The notes below the pieces were generated by a model. The model made no database searches and was not told the DNA's origin. It was given only the letters and a program-made list of their open reading frames with translations. Made by a program: the position numbers and the translations under genes. A DNA stretch of 19,359 nt from a bacterium (GTDB lineage: Bacteria; Hinthialibacterota; Hinthialibacteria; Hinthialibacterales; Hinthialibacteraceae): contig JBHGBC010000113.1 in NCBI GenBank assembly GCA_041946805.1, positions 1 to 19,359 on the forward strand, written 5' to 3'. Shown piece by piece: positions 1 through 9,655 of this stretch. Within the stretch, counting starts at the first letter, position 1. Each line of letters opens with the position of its first letter.

Positions 1-342
1 GGCGGGATTGAGGAGCATGCTATAGGCGATCCGGGGATCGGCCTCGTGGAGATGAATGGGGTATTTCGTTATCACGTGATCCGTCGCGCCGGGAATCCAC
101 GCTTTGAAGATCGGGGCGTTCAACTGTGGCATCGGCTGTTTTCCCCATGAGAACCATCCCGGTAATCGTTCCGGGCGTATTTTGAAGAATGGCGTTGCGT
201 TCCGCACTTTGCTTGCATATAATTCTTTCAATTTCAATAACTTACTGTCGTTAACTTGATACTCCATGTCATCTTGGGAAAAAGAAGCCACCGCGCCGCC
301 GAGAAACAGCAGCAGAATGAGAGGATACCCAATCGCGAACAT
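1..342 (-). CDS. Exported hypothetical protein, N-terminal 114 codons only (runs off the left edge)
   Basis: Manual translation of the minus strand from ATG at 342 gives MFAIGYPLILLLFLGGAVASFSQDDMEYQVNDSKLLKLKELYASK...AYSMLLNPA with no stop to position 1. AAGGAG lies 8 nt before the ATG and the N-terminus is hydrophobic and signal-peptide-like. Confidence 0.75.
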   Translation of the reverse strand, partial: MFAIGYPLILLLFLGGAVASFSQDDMEYQVNDSKLLKLKELYASKVRNATPFFKIRPERLPGWFSWGKQPMPQLNAPIFKAWIPGATDHVITKYPIHLHEADPRIAYSMLLNPA

Positions 343-485
343 TTCCAGTACTCCTTGTTCGTATGGTTGAGGGCCAGCGGTATCCGCCCGCAACTAATTA
401 TACGATTGGGGTGCGCGAAAAGTCTTCGGAAATGTTCCCTGGGTAAAAAATGGTATGGCATTACGGCTTGGCGCGTGGATCGAAT

Positions 486-530
486 GCCAGGGGCGATACC
501 CCTGGCTAATCTAAGATTGCCCCTATGGGG
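486..530 (+). repeat. Two-hairpin REP-like element, copy 1
   Basis: GCCAGGGG-cgata-CCCCTGGC, 12-nt spacer, then GCCCC-tat-GGGG. Same layout as 4755-4802, 6320-6369 and 16654-16699. Confidence 0.7.
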
Positions 531-738
531 TTCAAATACTTGTGTTTTTATGAGGATAAGCATCATTGTGAATCGGGGGGAAAGAGTGGCTTTCCAGAAG
601 AGGGCCAGAGCCAGTGGATGTTACTTTTCATTTTCATTTCGCGCCTTACTTCCGCGCCGAAATGGCACATCTTATTTCAGGTGATTTTAGCAGTGCATCG
701 GTTCTGTCTTGGACAATACAGCGTAACAATTTCATTCT

Positions 739-757
739 AATTGATTTATAATCAATT
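739..757. promoter_or_regulatory. Palindromic operator-like site overlapping a TATAAT hexamer
   Basis: AATTGATT-tat-AATCAATT is a perfect 8-bp inverted repeat with TATAAT at 747-752, in the AT-rich gap between two divergent genes. Confidence 0.35.
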
Positions 758-934
758 CAACCAATTTTTGACCCATTTTTCCAACTTAGTATGCCAATTG
801 CTAATTAATCCAGGCAACAAGGGAAAAGACTCATACTACAGAATCAGGATCAGTTTGAAGATAAAGACTGCAAGCCATTTTAAATCAATGGATTCATGGA
901 TACATCCGATTCGGTTTTCGCACGAGGCAGACCA

Positions 935-3583
935 ATGGATCTAAACCGGTTCACCCAAAAATCACAGGAAGCGCTGGGAGAAGCCCAGAACTTGGCTATC
1001 CGGCATGGGCATGTGGAAGTCGACACTGACCACCTCCTCCTGGCTTTGCTGGAGCAGGAAGAGGGTCTGATTCCCCGCATGCTGCATAAAATGGACGCCC
1101 CGGCGGAGGAGATCCGCGGCCGGGTGGCGGCCGAATTGCAGCGCCGTCCCCGGGTCAGCGGTCCCGGGGCCGAGCCGGGCAAGATTTATGTCACCAATGC
1201 CATGAACCAGACGCTGGCCGAGGCGGAGGCGGAAGCCAAGCGGCTGAAAGATGAATACGTCAGTGTCGAACACATCTTCCTCGCGCTGTTCACCAAGGCG
1301 GCCGCCGCGCCGTGCATGAAAATCGTTCAGTCATACGGTATCACCCGGGACAAATTTCTCAAAGCACTCACGGACATCCGCGGCAACCAGCGGGTGACCA
1401 GCGCCAATCCGGAAGAGACCTACGACGCCCTGTCCCGCTACGGGCGGGACCTCGTGGCGGACGCGGCGCGCGGGAAACTCGATCCGGTCATCGGGCGGGA
1501 CGGGGAAATCCGGCGGGTGATCCGCATCCTGTCGCGGAAAACCAAGAACAATCCCGTGTTGATCGGCGAACCGGGCGTGGGCAAGACGGCCATCGTGGAA
1601 GGTCTGGCCCACCGGATCGTGCGCGGCGACGTGCCCGAGGGATTGAAAGACAAGAAGATTTTTGCCCTGGATATGGGCGCGCTGGTGGCCGGCGCGAAGT
1701 ACCGGGGCGAGTTCGAGGAGCGGCTCAAGGCGGTCCTGAACGAAATCAAAAAGAGCGAAGGCCGCATTCTCCTGTTCATCGACGAGCTGCATACCATCGT
1801 GGGCGCGGGGCGGGCCGAGGGGGCCATCGACGCCGGCAACATGCTGAAGCCCATGCTGGCGCGGGGCGAGCTGCATTGCATCGGCGCGACCACGCTCAAC
1901 GAATACCGGAAATACATCGAGAAGGACGCGGCCCTCGAACGCCGGTTCCAGCCCGTCCTGGCCGAGCAGCCCAGCGTGGAGGACACCATTTCCATCCTGC
2001 GCGGCCTGCGGGAACGGTTCGAAGTGCACCACGGGGTGAAAATCCTGGACAATGCGGTGGTGGCGGCGGCGGTCCTGTCGCACCGGTACATCACCGACCG
2101 CTTTTTGCCCGACAAGGCCATCGACTTGATCGACGAGGCCTGCGCCATGATCCGCACCGAGATCGACTCCATGCCCACGGAGCTGGACGAAATCACCCGG
2201 CGGATCATGCAACTCGAAATCGAGGAGCAGGCCCTCAGCAAGGAGAAAGACAAGGCCAGCCAGGAACGGCTGCAGAATCTCCGCAAGGAACTGGCCGATC
2301 TGCGGGACAAGGCCGGCGGCCTCAAGGCGCAATGGGAGGCGGAAAAGAGCGGCATCCAGAAGATCCGCCAATTGCGCGAGACGCTGGAAGCCACGCGGCG
2401 CGAAATCGAAAAGGCCGAACGGGCTTACGACTTGGGCAAGGCGGCGGAACTGCGGCATGGGCGTTTGCCGCAACTGCAGGCCGAACTGTCGCAGAGCGAG
2501 GCTGAACTCAATCAGAAGCAGGGCGGCGTCCGTCTGTTGCGCGAGGAAGTGACCGAGGAGGAGATCGCCGAAATCGTGTCGCGCTGGACCGGCATTCCCG
2601 TCACGCGCCTGGTGGAAGGCGAGCGGGAAAAACTGCTGCGGCTGGATGATATTCTCCACCGGCGGGTCATCGGCCAGGACGAGGCCGTCCAGGCCGTGGC
2701 CGACGCGGTGCTGCGGGCGCGGTCCGGCATCAAGGATCCCCGGCGGCCGATCGGCTCGTTCATCTTCCTGGGTCCCACGGGAGTGGGCAAGACCGAACTG
2801 GCCAAAACCCTCGCGGAGGCGCTGTTCGACACGGAAGAGAACCTGATCCGCATCGACATGTCCGAATACATGGAGAAACACGCCGTGTCGCGGATGCTCG
2901 GCGCGCCTCCCGGCTATGTGGGCTACGAGGAAGGCGGCCAGCTGACCGAGGCAGTGCGCCGCAAGCCGTACAGCGTCATTTTGTTCGATGAATTTGAAAA
3001 AGCGCATCAAGACGTGTTTAATGTGCTTCTCCAGATTCTGGACGACGGGCGCCTGACGGATGCGCAAGGCCGCACGGTGGACTTTAAAAATACGGTGATT
3101 ATCGTAACTTCCAATATTGGATCGCAACACTTGGCGGACGGCGCCGACGACCGGGGTGAAATCCGGCCGGAAGTCCGGGACCGGATCCTGCGGGAACTGC
3201 GGGCGCATTGCCGGCCCGAGTTCCTGAACCGCATCGACGACATCGTGCTCTTCAAGACGCTGCGGCTGGATGAGATCGAGAAAATCGTCGAGTTGCTGCT
3301 TGAGGACCTGCGGCAGCGGCTCCACGACCGGCGGATGACGCTGGGCGTGACGCCCACGGCCACCGAATACCTGGCCTTGCACGGATACGACACGGCCTAT
3401 GGGGCGCGGCCGCTGCGCCGCTTGATCCAGCGCGAATTGGAGACCAAACTGGGCCGGGCCTTGATCGCGGGCTGGGTGTTGGACGGGGCGAAAATCATCG
3501 TGGGCGTGAAAAACGGAGAAATCGACGTCTCCTACGAAAACCCTGCCCCGGCGGCCGAATCCATTGAAGCCATCAACGCATGA
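935..3583 (+). CDS. clpB: ATP-dependent disaggregase ClpB
   Basis: N-terminus [14 protein letters not shown], Walker A GEPGVGKT and GPTGVGKT, Walker B LFIDELH and [10 protein letters not shown], coiled-coil middle domain, GYVGYEEGG pore loop, YGARPLRR motif. Start placed at ATG 935 (GAGG upstream) rather than 896. Confidence 0.97.
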   Translation: MDLNRFTQKSQEALGEAQNLAIRHGHVEVDTDHLLLALLEQEEGLIPRMLHKMDAPAEEIRGRVAAELQRRPRVSGPGAEPGKIYVTNAMNQTLAEAEAEAKRLKDEYVSVEHIFLALFTKAAAAPCMKIVQSYGITRDKFLKALTDIRGNQRVTSANPEETYDALSRYGRDLVADAARGKLDPVIGRDGEIRRVIRILSRKTKNNPVLIGEPGVGKTAIVEGLAHRIVRGDVPEGLKDKKIFALDMGALVAGAKYRGEFEERLKAVLNEIKKSEGRILLFIDELHTIVGAGRAEGAIDAGNMLKPMLARGELHCIGATTLNEYRKYIEKDAALERRFQPVLAEQPSVEDTISILRGLRERFEVHHGVKILDNAVVAAAVLSHRYITDRFLPDKAIDLIDEACAMIRTEIDSMPTELDEITRRIMQLEIEEQALSKEKDKASQERLQNLRKELADLRDKAGGLKAQWEAEKSGIQKIRQLRETLEATRREIEKAERAYDLGKAAELRHGRLPQLQAELSQSEAELNQKQGGVRLLREEVTEEEIAEIVSRWTGIPVTRLVEGEREKLLRLDDILHRRVIGQDEAVQAVADAVLRARSGIKDPRRPIGSFIFLGPTGVGKTELAKTLAEALFDTEENLIRIDMSEYMEKHAVSRMLGAPPGYVGYEEGGQLTEAVRRKPYSVILFDEFEKAHQDVFNVLLQILDDGRLTDAQGRTVDFKNTVIIVTSNIGSQHLADGADDRGEIRPEVRDRILRELRAHCRPEFLNRIDDIVLFKTLRLDEIEKIVELLLEDLRQRLHDRRMTLGVTPTATEYLALHGYDTAYGARPLRRLIQRELETKLGRALIAGWVLDGAKIIVGVKNGEIDVSYENPAPAAESIEAINA

Positions 3584-3617
3584 ATCAGGATGAAAAACCA
3601 CAAAGGGGGCGCCAGTC

Positions 3618-4736
3618 ATGCATATTCCAACCGTGGGCGTCATCATGGCGGGGGGATCGGGCGAGCGCTTCTGGCCTTTGAGCCGCCAGAAATCACCCAA
3701 GCAGCTGCTGCGCATTTCGGATGATCAAAAGAGCCTGCTGGAGGAGGCGGTCAACCGCCTGCGGCCCCTGCTGCCGCCCGAGCGCATCGTGATCGCCACC
3801 AACAGCCTGCTGCAGGATCCGATCCGCTTCGCCAAAACCCCCGTGCCGCCGGAAAATGTCCTGGCCGAACCGGTGCGGCGCAACACCTGCGGCTGCCTGG
3901 CCTTCGCCGCGGCGCACCTGCTGGCGCGCTTTGAAAAATCATCGGACGATCTGCTGATGGCGGTCACCACCGCCGACCACAGCATCCGGGACGAGGAGGC
4001 TTTCCTTCGCACGGTGAAATCGGCGCTGGCCTTCGCGCAAGATCATGACGCCCTGATGGTGATCGGCATCCAGCCCACGCGGCCGGAAACCGGGTATGGT
4101 TACATCGAAACCGCCGAAGACCGGCAAGCGGAAGCGGTCCACGAGGGCGTGCCGGTCTACAAGGCGCTGCGTTTCCACGAGAAACCTTCGCAAGAGAAAG
4201 CGGAGGGGTATATCGCGCAAAAGCGCTTCTATTGGAACAGCGGCATGTTCTTCTGGCGGATGTCCACGTACCTGAACAGCATGGAAAAGGCCGATCCGCG
4301 GATCACGCGGAGCATCCGCGAGATGCGCGACACGTTGCTCACCGGCTACAATCCCGATTCCATCATCGCTTCGATCTTCGAACGCCTGCCCAACATCTCC
4401 ATCGATTACGCGCTGATGGAGAAGGCGGACAACGTGTATGCCGCCGTGGGCGGATTCCAGTGGGACGACCTGGGCGCGTGGGATTCCCTTTCCCGCTTCC
4501 GGAGCCAGGATGAGCAGGGCAACATCACCCACGGCGATCCCATTCTGATCGATTGCCGCAACGTGACGGTCTACAACGAACCGGGAGCGGAGCGCATGGC
4601 GGTGGGGGTCATCGGCATGGAAGACGTAGTGGTGGTGACCTCGCCCGACGGAATCCTGATCTGCCCGAAAGACCGCTGCCAGGATGTCCGGCGGATCGTG
4701 GACGAACTCAAGAAACGCGGCGCCGGCCAGGTATGA
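3618..4736 (+). CDS. manC: Mannose-1-phosphate guanylyltransferase (monofunctional, no isomerase cupin domain)
   Basis: VIMAGGSGERFWPLSRQKSPKQLL, EPVRRNT, PETGYGYI, FHEKP, WNSGMF, SIDYALMEK and WDDLGAWDSL motifs; 372 aa. Confidence 0.93.
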   Translation: MHIPTVGVIMAGGSGERFWPLSRQKSPKQLLRISDDQKSLLEEAVNRLRPLLPPERIVIATNSLLQDPIRFAKTPVPPENVLAEPVRRNTCGCLAFAAAHLLARFEKSSDDLLMAVTTADHSIRDEEAFLRTVKSALAFAQDHDALMVIGIQPTRPETGYGYIETAEDRQAEAVHEGVPVYKALRFHEKPSQEKAEGYIAQKRFYWNSGMFFWRMSTYLNSMEKADPRITRSIREMRDTLLTGYNPDSIIASIFERLPNISIDYALMEKADNVYAAVGGFQWDDLGAWDSLSRFRSQDEQGNITHGDPILIDCRNVTVYNEPGAERMAVGVIGMEDVVVVTSPDGILICPKDRCQDVRRIVDELKKRGAGQV

Positions 4737-4754
4737 TCCCATTAGTGGAATAAC

Positions 4755-4802
4755 ATCCCCGTGGGGGATAAATGTGAATAGCCGCAGGCGATAGCCTACG
4801 GT
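4755..4802 (-). repeat. Two-hairpin REP-like element, copy 2
   Basis: Minus strand reads ACCGTAGGC-tatc-GCCTGCGGC, 12-nt spacer, TCCCC-cac-GGGGA. A further small hairpin AATCCC-gaa-GGGGTT lies at 4822-4836. Confidence 0.65.
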
Positions 4803-4852
4803 TTCATGAGAAAAGTACACGAATCCCGAAGGGGTTGAATGCAGACAGAACC

Positions 4853-4882
4853 GTAGGATGGGTTAGCGGAGCGTAACCCATC
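4853..4882 (+). repeat. GTAG-type REP sequence
   Basis: GTAG followed by the imperfect palindrome GATGGGTTA-gcggagcg-TAACCCATC, the standard layout of GTAG-family REPs. Confidence 0.75.
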
Positions 4883-4949
4883 ATGATTTTATCAATCCCA
4901 ATTCAACTTGAAATTAATCCCATCCATCCTCAATACACGGAGAAACCCC

Positions 4950-6314
4950 ATGCCTGACGCGACCTCCCTACCCTGTTTCAAGGCATACGATATCCGGGGC
5001 AAGGTGCCGTCGGAATTGAACGCGGACCTGGCGTACAAGATCGGCCGGGCGCTGGTGGAATTCTTGTCCGCGAAACGCATCGTGGCGGGCCGGGATGTGC
5101 GGGCGTCGGGCGAGGAGTTGCGCGCCGCCCTGGTCCGGGGCATCACCGAGGCCGGCGCGGATGTGGACGACATTGGCCTGTGCGGCACCGAAATGGTTTA
5201 TTTCGCCACCTCGCACCTCCACGCGGACGGGGGGGTGATGATCACCGCCAGCCACAATCCGCCGGAATACAACGGCATGAAGTTCGTGCGCGAGCAGTCC
5301 AAGCCCATCAGCGCGGACACCGGCCTCAAGGACATCGAGCGCATGTGCCTGCGCGGCGTGTTCAAACCGTCCGCCACGGCCGGCCGGACGCGCGAAGTGG
5401 ATATTTCCGCGGAATATGTCCAGCGCCTGCTGACCTATGTGGACGTAACGAAACTGAAGCCTTACAAAGTCGTGGTCAACGCCGGGAATGGCTGCGCGGG
5501 GCCGGTTTTGGACTTGCTCGAACCTCACCTGCCGTTTCAATTCATCAAGGTCCATCATGAACCCGACGCCTCGTTCCCCCACGGGATCCCCAATCCTCTG
5601 CTGGTGGAAAACCGGCAGCCCACCATCGACGCCGTCATGGAAAACCACGCGGACATCGGCGTCGCCTGGGACGGCGATTTCGACCGCTGCTTCTTCTTCG
5701 ACGAAAAGGGCCACTTCATCGAAGGCTACTACATCGTCGGCTTCCTGGCCCAGGCCCTGCTGGCCAAGCAACCCGGCAGCGCGATCATTTACGATCCCCG
5801 CCTGACCTGGAACACCATCGAATTGGTGAAGAACCACGGCGGGATTCCGGTCCAATGCAAATCGGGCCACGCGTTCATCAAGGAAAAAATGCGCCAGGAA
5901 GAGGCCATCTACGGGGGCGAGATGTCCGCCCATCATTATTTCAAGGACTTCTTCTATTGCGACAGCGGGATGGTCCCCTGGCTGCTGGTGCTGGAGATCA
6001 TGAGCCGGGAAGGCAAGCCATTCTCCACGCTGGTCGAGGAACGGATCCGCAAGTTCCCGTGCAGCGGCGAAATCAACAACCGGGTGGCGGACGCGGACGC
6101 GGCCATCGAACAGGTCCGCCGGCATTTCGAACGGCTCCACCCCATCGTGGACGTCACCGACGGGATCAGCTTCGAGTTCCCGGACTGGCGCTTCAATCTG
6201 CGCCAATCGAACACCGAGCCGGTGCTGCGCCTCAACGTCGAAGCGCGGGACAGCATCGCCCGGATGGAAGAGAAAACCCGCGAAATTTTGAGTCTGATTC
6301 AAAGGCAGGGTTGA
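4950..6314 (+). CDS. manB: Phosphomannomutase/phosphoglucomutase (ManB/CpsG type)
   Basis: FKAYDIRG, phosphoserine loop TASHNPPEYNG, metal loop DGDFDR, GEMSAH, SNTEPVLRLNVEA. Start placed at ATG 4950 after GGAG; adjacent to manC. Confidence 0.94.
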   Translation: MPDATSLPCFKAYDIRGKVPSELNADLAYKIGRALVEFLSAKRIVAGRDVRASGEELRAALVRGITEAGADVDDIGLCGTEMVYFATSHLHADGGVMITASHNPPEYNGMKFVREQSKPISADTGLKDIERMCLRGVFKPSATAGRTREVDISAEYVQRLLTYVDVTKLKPYKVVVNAGNGCAGPVLDLLEPHLPFQFIKVHHEPDASFPHGIPNPLLVENRQPTIDAVMENHADIGVAWDGDFDRCFFFDEKGHFIEGYYIVGFLAQALLAKQPGSAIIYDPRLTWNTIELVKNHGGIPVQCKSGHAFIKEKMRQEEAIYGGEMSAHHYFKDFFYCDSGMVPWLLVLEIMSREGKPFSTLVEERIRKFPCSGEINNRVADADAAIEQVRRHFERLHPIVDVTDGISFEFPDWRFNLRQSNTEPVLRLNVEARDSIARMEEKTREILSLIQRQG

Positions 6315-6319
6315 GATTG

Positions 6320-6369
6320 GCCCAGGGTTAAAACCCTGGGCTGCCATTCGGCGGCCCCTTGAAAGGGGC
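6320..6369 (+). repeat. Two-hairpin REP-like element, copy 3
   Basis: GCCCAGGGTT-aa-AACCCTGGGC, 12-nt spacer, GCCCCTT-ga-AAGGGGC; begins 6 nt after the manB stop. Confidence 0.75.
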
Positions 6370-6376
6370 GCGGAAT

Positions 6377-6408
6377 CCCTCACCCTGGCCCTCTCCCCGA
6401 GGGAGAGG
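6377..6408 (+). repeat. CCCTCACC-family palindromic repeat, copy A
   Basis: CCCTCACCCTGGCCCTCTCCCCGAGGGAGAGG; related copies at 6649, 6701, 13863, 16548 and 16598. Confidence 0.8.
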
Positions 6409-6648
6409 AAATCGTTTCGTGTCCCCGTACGTATTCATACCTCGAAGGCAGCATTGAGATAATCCGGACATCGGGTAAATAGTAACGCCCCTTTTTCATA
6501 TCCTAGAAAAAAGCAGGAAAGCCATTACAATTCTCCCTTTATAATCGTTTTTTTCGGGTACGCTTTCATTCAGGGAAAATAAAAGGAGAACAGGACTTCA
6601 TTGTCATTACGGTAAGGCAATTTGACTGCGAAAAACCGATAACCTGTT

Positions 6649-6731
6649 CCCTCTCCCTTGAGGAAAGGGCCAGGGTGAGGGAAATCCTTGTTTCGGAGCT
6701 CCTCACCCCGTCCTTCTCCGTAATGGCGAGG
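6649..6731. repeat. Inverted pair of CCCTCACC-family repeats (copies B and C)
   Basis: 6649-6681 on the minus strand reads CCCTCACCCTGGCCCTTTCCTCAAGGGAGAGGG; 6701-6731 is a degenerate plus-strand copy, CCTCACCCCGTCCTTCTCCGTAATGGCGAGG. Confidence 0.7.
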
Positions 6732-6793
6732 TAGAATCCGTGTTTTCCCGTGAATACCCGTTCACTCCAACATGTTTTCCGGATAGCACAATC

Positions 6794-9652
6794 ATGGATT
6801 ACCGAAACACGTTGAATCTGCCCTCCACCGATTTCCCCATGCGCGCCAATCTGCCCCAGCGCGAGCCGGACTTTTGGAAGTTGTGGGACGAATTGAACCT
6901 GTATCACACGTTGCGGGAACGGCGGAAGGACCGTGAGACCTTCGTCCTGCACGACGGCCCGCCCTACGCCAACGGCGCGATCCACCTGGGCACGGGCCTC
7001 AACAAAACCCTCAAGGACCTGGTCGTGAAATCGAAAATCCTGCTGGGGATGAACGTTCATTACCGGCCTGGCTGGGATTGCCACGGCCTGCCCATTGAAC
7101 TGAACGTCGTCCAGGCGCTTTCGGAGGAGGAATCGAAGAGCCTGGGCTCGATTGAAATCCGCAAACGGTGCCACAATTTCGCCTTGAAGTTCGTGGACAA
7201 GCACCGCAAGACCTTCAAGCGCCTGGGCGTCCTCGGCGAGTGGGAACGGCCCTATCTGACGTTGAATCCGCCCTACGAAGCGGAGGAACTGCGCCAGTTC
7301 GCCCGGCTGGCCGAGCGGGGGTATGTCTATCAGGGCATGAAACCGGTCTATTGGTGCCCGGTTTTCAAAACCGCCCTCGCCGAGGCGGAGGTGGAGTACG
7401 AGGAGCACACCTCGCCCTCGATTTATGTGCGTTTCCCCATGCCCGAAGCCTCGCGCGGCAAGATGAAACAACTCTTCGCCCTGCCGGACGGCAAACCGGT
7501 GCAGGTGGTGATCTGGACCACGACCCCCTGGACGCTCCCCGCCAACCGGGCGGTGTGCCTGCATCCCAATTTCGTGTACGGGCTGGTCCCCTTCGAGAAT
7601 GAATATGTCCTGATCGCCAAGGATCTTCTCGGTCCATTCGTGAAAGAAACCGAATGGAAACCAGCCGGGGAGATCATCGGCAACGCCACGGGGCGGGAAA
7701 TCGCCGAGTTGAAAGTCGAAGCCCTGCCGCCCTTCGGAGGGCGCCCGGTCCCCCTGATCCTCGGCCCGCACGTCACGCTGGAAGCCGGCACCGGGTGCGT
7801 GCACACGGCGCCCGGCCACGGGCATGAAGATTACCTGGTGGGCATGGAATACGGCCTGGAGGTCTTTTCACCGGTCGATGAGGAAGGCCGGTTCACGAAC
7901 GAGTCGCCGGTCTGCGCGGGGATGAAGGTCGACGAGGCCAACAAGCCCATCATCCAGGATTTGAAAGCCCGGGGCCTGCTGGTGCACGAGGACCGGGTGG
8001 TTCACCAATATCCGTATTGTTGGCGGAGCAAGAAGCCCATCATTTTCCGGGCCACGCGGCAGTGGTTCATCTCGCTGGAAAAAGACAACCTGCGCGACCG
8101 CCTACTCGACGCCATCGACAACCAGGTCCAATGGGTCCCCGCGTGGGGACGGCAGCGCATCCGGGGCATGGTGGAGAACCGGCAGGAATGGTGCATCTCG
8201 CGCCAGCGGCATTGGGGCGTCCCCATCCCCGCGATTTACCTCCGTGGCTCGGAGGAAGGAATCCTGGACGCGGCGTTTATCAACCAACTCGCGGAGGTGA
8301 TCCAAAAGGAAGGCACGCTTTTCTGGTATCAGGCCATCAACGATCCGGAGATGCTCTCGGTCATTCCCCGCGTGCATGAATTGTTGCCCAAGGGGATGAG
8401 TCTCAAGGACGTGCGGCTGGAGAAGGACATCCTGGACGTCTGGTTCGATTCGGGCGTGAGCCACCATTCGGTCATGGCCCAGGAGGAAAATCGCTATCCG
8501 GTGGATTTATACTTGGAAGGCAGCGACCAGCACCGCGGGTGGTTCCAATCCTCGCTGGTCACCGCCATGAGCGCCGGCCACGAGCCGCCCTTCCGCACGG
8601 TGTTGACGCATGGCTTCACCGTGGACGAGGACGGCCGGAAACTGTCGAAAAGCCGGGGGAATTATGTCGTCCTGGACGATTTGATCAAGGAGATCGGCGC
8701 GGACGTGATCCGCTTGTGGGTGGCGGCGGAGGATTTCCGCGGCGACATGACCTTCTCCAAGGAAATCCTCAAGCGGATAACCGAATCCTACCGCCGCATC
8801 CGCAACACGGCGCGGTTTCTCCTCAGCAACCTGTATGATTTTTCACTTGCCGAAACCGTGCCCGAAGACCGCCGCCTGCTGCTGGACCGGTGGATTCTGA
8901 ACCGCTGGCGCGAGTGCAAGCGGCGAATTCTGCAATCGTACAAGCGGTATGATTTCCACCGCATTTTCTATGAGCTGAACAACTTCTGCAGCGTCGATCT
9001 GAGCGCGCTCTATCTGGATATCATCAAGGATCGGCTATATGTTTCAGGCAAACACGGCCAGGAACGCAAATCGGGACAGTCCACCCTGGCGGAAATCGCG
9101 GTGGAACTGACCGCCTGCACGGCTCCCATCCTCAGCTACACGAGCGAGGAAATCTGGCAGCATTTGCGGCAATTGAACCTGGTGGACGCTCCCAGCGTTT
9201 TCCTGTACGATCTGGACCTGGAGATTCCCGAGAGCGACAAAACCTTGATGGAAACCTGGGACCAGGTGTTCCTGCTGCGCGCCGAGGCCATCAAGGCCAT
9301 CGAGCAGGCGCGGGCGGCGGGCGTGATCGGCCATTCGCTCGAAAGTAGCGTCGCCATTCAAACCGGCGACGCGAAATGGCAGGCGTTGCTTGAATCGGCC
9401 GTGCAAAACCAGAAGGGAGACAGCCTGGCCGATGTCCTCATCGTTTCGCGGGTGGAACTGGGAGTCCTGCCGCCGGACGCGGCCGTTTACGCCAGCCCGG
9501 TGCTTCCGGATACACGGATCGCCGTGACCAAGTCTCCGGGATACAAATGCCCCCGCTGCTGGCATTATGACGAACAGGCCGGTCCGGAAGAGACGGATCT
9601 ATGCCCCCGGTGCAAGGAGGTTCTCGAGGACCAGGAGATCGCGCTGGCGTAA
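6794..9652 (+). CDS. ileS: Isoleucine--tRNA ligase, type 1
   Basis: MDYRNTLNLPSTDFPMRANL start, HDGPPYANG-AI-HLGT, GWDCHGLPIE, editing motifs WTTTPWTLP and GTGCVHTAPGHG, WCISRQR, EGSDQHRGWF, KLSKS, C-terminal zinc finger CPRC...CPRC. Start placed at ATG 6794. Confidence 0.98.
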   Translation: MDYRNTLNLPSTDFPMRANLPQREPDFWKLWDELNLYHTLRERRKDRETFVLHDGPPYANGAIHLGTGLNKTLKDLVVKSKILLGMNVHYRPGWDCHGLPIELNVVQALSEEESKSLGSIEIRKRCHNFALKFVDKHRKTFKRLGVLGEWERPYLTLNPPYEAEELRQFARLAERGYVYQGMKPVYWCPVFKTALAEAEVEYEEHTSPSIYVRFPMPEASRGKMKQLFALPDGKPVQVVIWTTTPWTLPANRAVCLHPNFVYGLVPFENEYVLIAKDLLGPFVKETEWKPAGEIIGNATGREIAELKVEALPPFGGRPVPLILGPHVTLEAGTGCVHTAPGHGHEDYLVGMEYGLEVFSPVDEEGRFTNESPVCAGMKVDEANKPIIQDLKARGLLVHEDRVVHQYPYCWRSKKPIIFRATRQWFISLEKDNLRDRLLDAIDNQVQWVPAWGRQRIRGMVENRQEWCISRQRHWGVPIPAIYLRGSEEGILDAAFINQLAEVIQKEGTLFWYQAINDPEMLSVIPRVHELLPKGMSLKDVRLEKDILDVWFDSGVSHHSVMAQEENRYPVDLYLEGSDQHRGWFQSSLVTAMSAGHEPPFRTVLTHGFTVDEDGRKLSKSRGNYVVLDDLIKEIGADVIRLWVAAEDFRGDMTFSKEILKRITESYRRIRNTARFLLSNLYDFSLAETVPEDRRLLLDRWILNRWRECKRRILQSYKRYDFHRIFYELNNFCSVDLSALYLDIIKDRLYVSGKHGQERKSGQSTLAEIAVELTACTAPILSYTSEEIWQHLRQLNLVDAPSVFLYDLDLEIPESDKTLMETWDQVFLLRAEAIKAIEQARAAGVIGHSLESSVAIQTGDAKWQALLESAVQNQKGDSLADVLIVSRVELGVLPPDAAVYASPVLPDTRIAVTKSPGYKCPRCWHYDEQAGPEETDLCPRCKEVLEDQEIALA

Positions 9653-9655
9653 GTC

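Noticed and set aside
343..934. CIRCE, HAIR or FNR sites upstream of clpB
   Set aside because: No TTAGCACTC-N9-GAGTGCTAA or CTTGAGT-N7-ACTCAAG is present, and the TTGAT/ATCAA arms have a 5-nt spacer rather than FNR's 4.
234..944. ORFs 234..566, 256..684, 525..740 and 741..944
   Set aside because: No recognisable motifs; they overlap the better-supported minus-strand gene at 1-342, a repeat, or AT-rich promoter DNA.
6409..6793. T-box riboswitch upstream of ileS
   Set aside because: No T-box consensus (GGTGGNACCGCG-like) or antiterminator/terminator; the structure present is explained by the CCCTCACC repeats.
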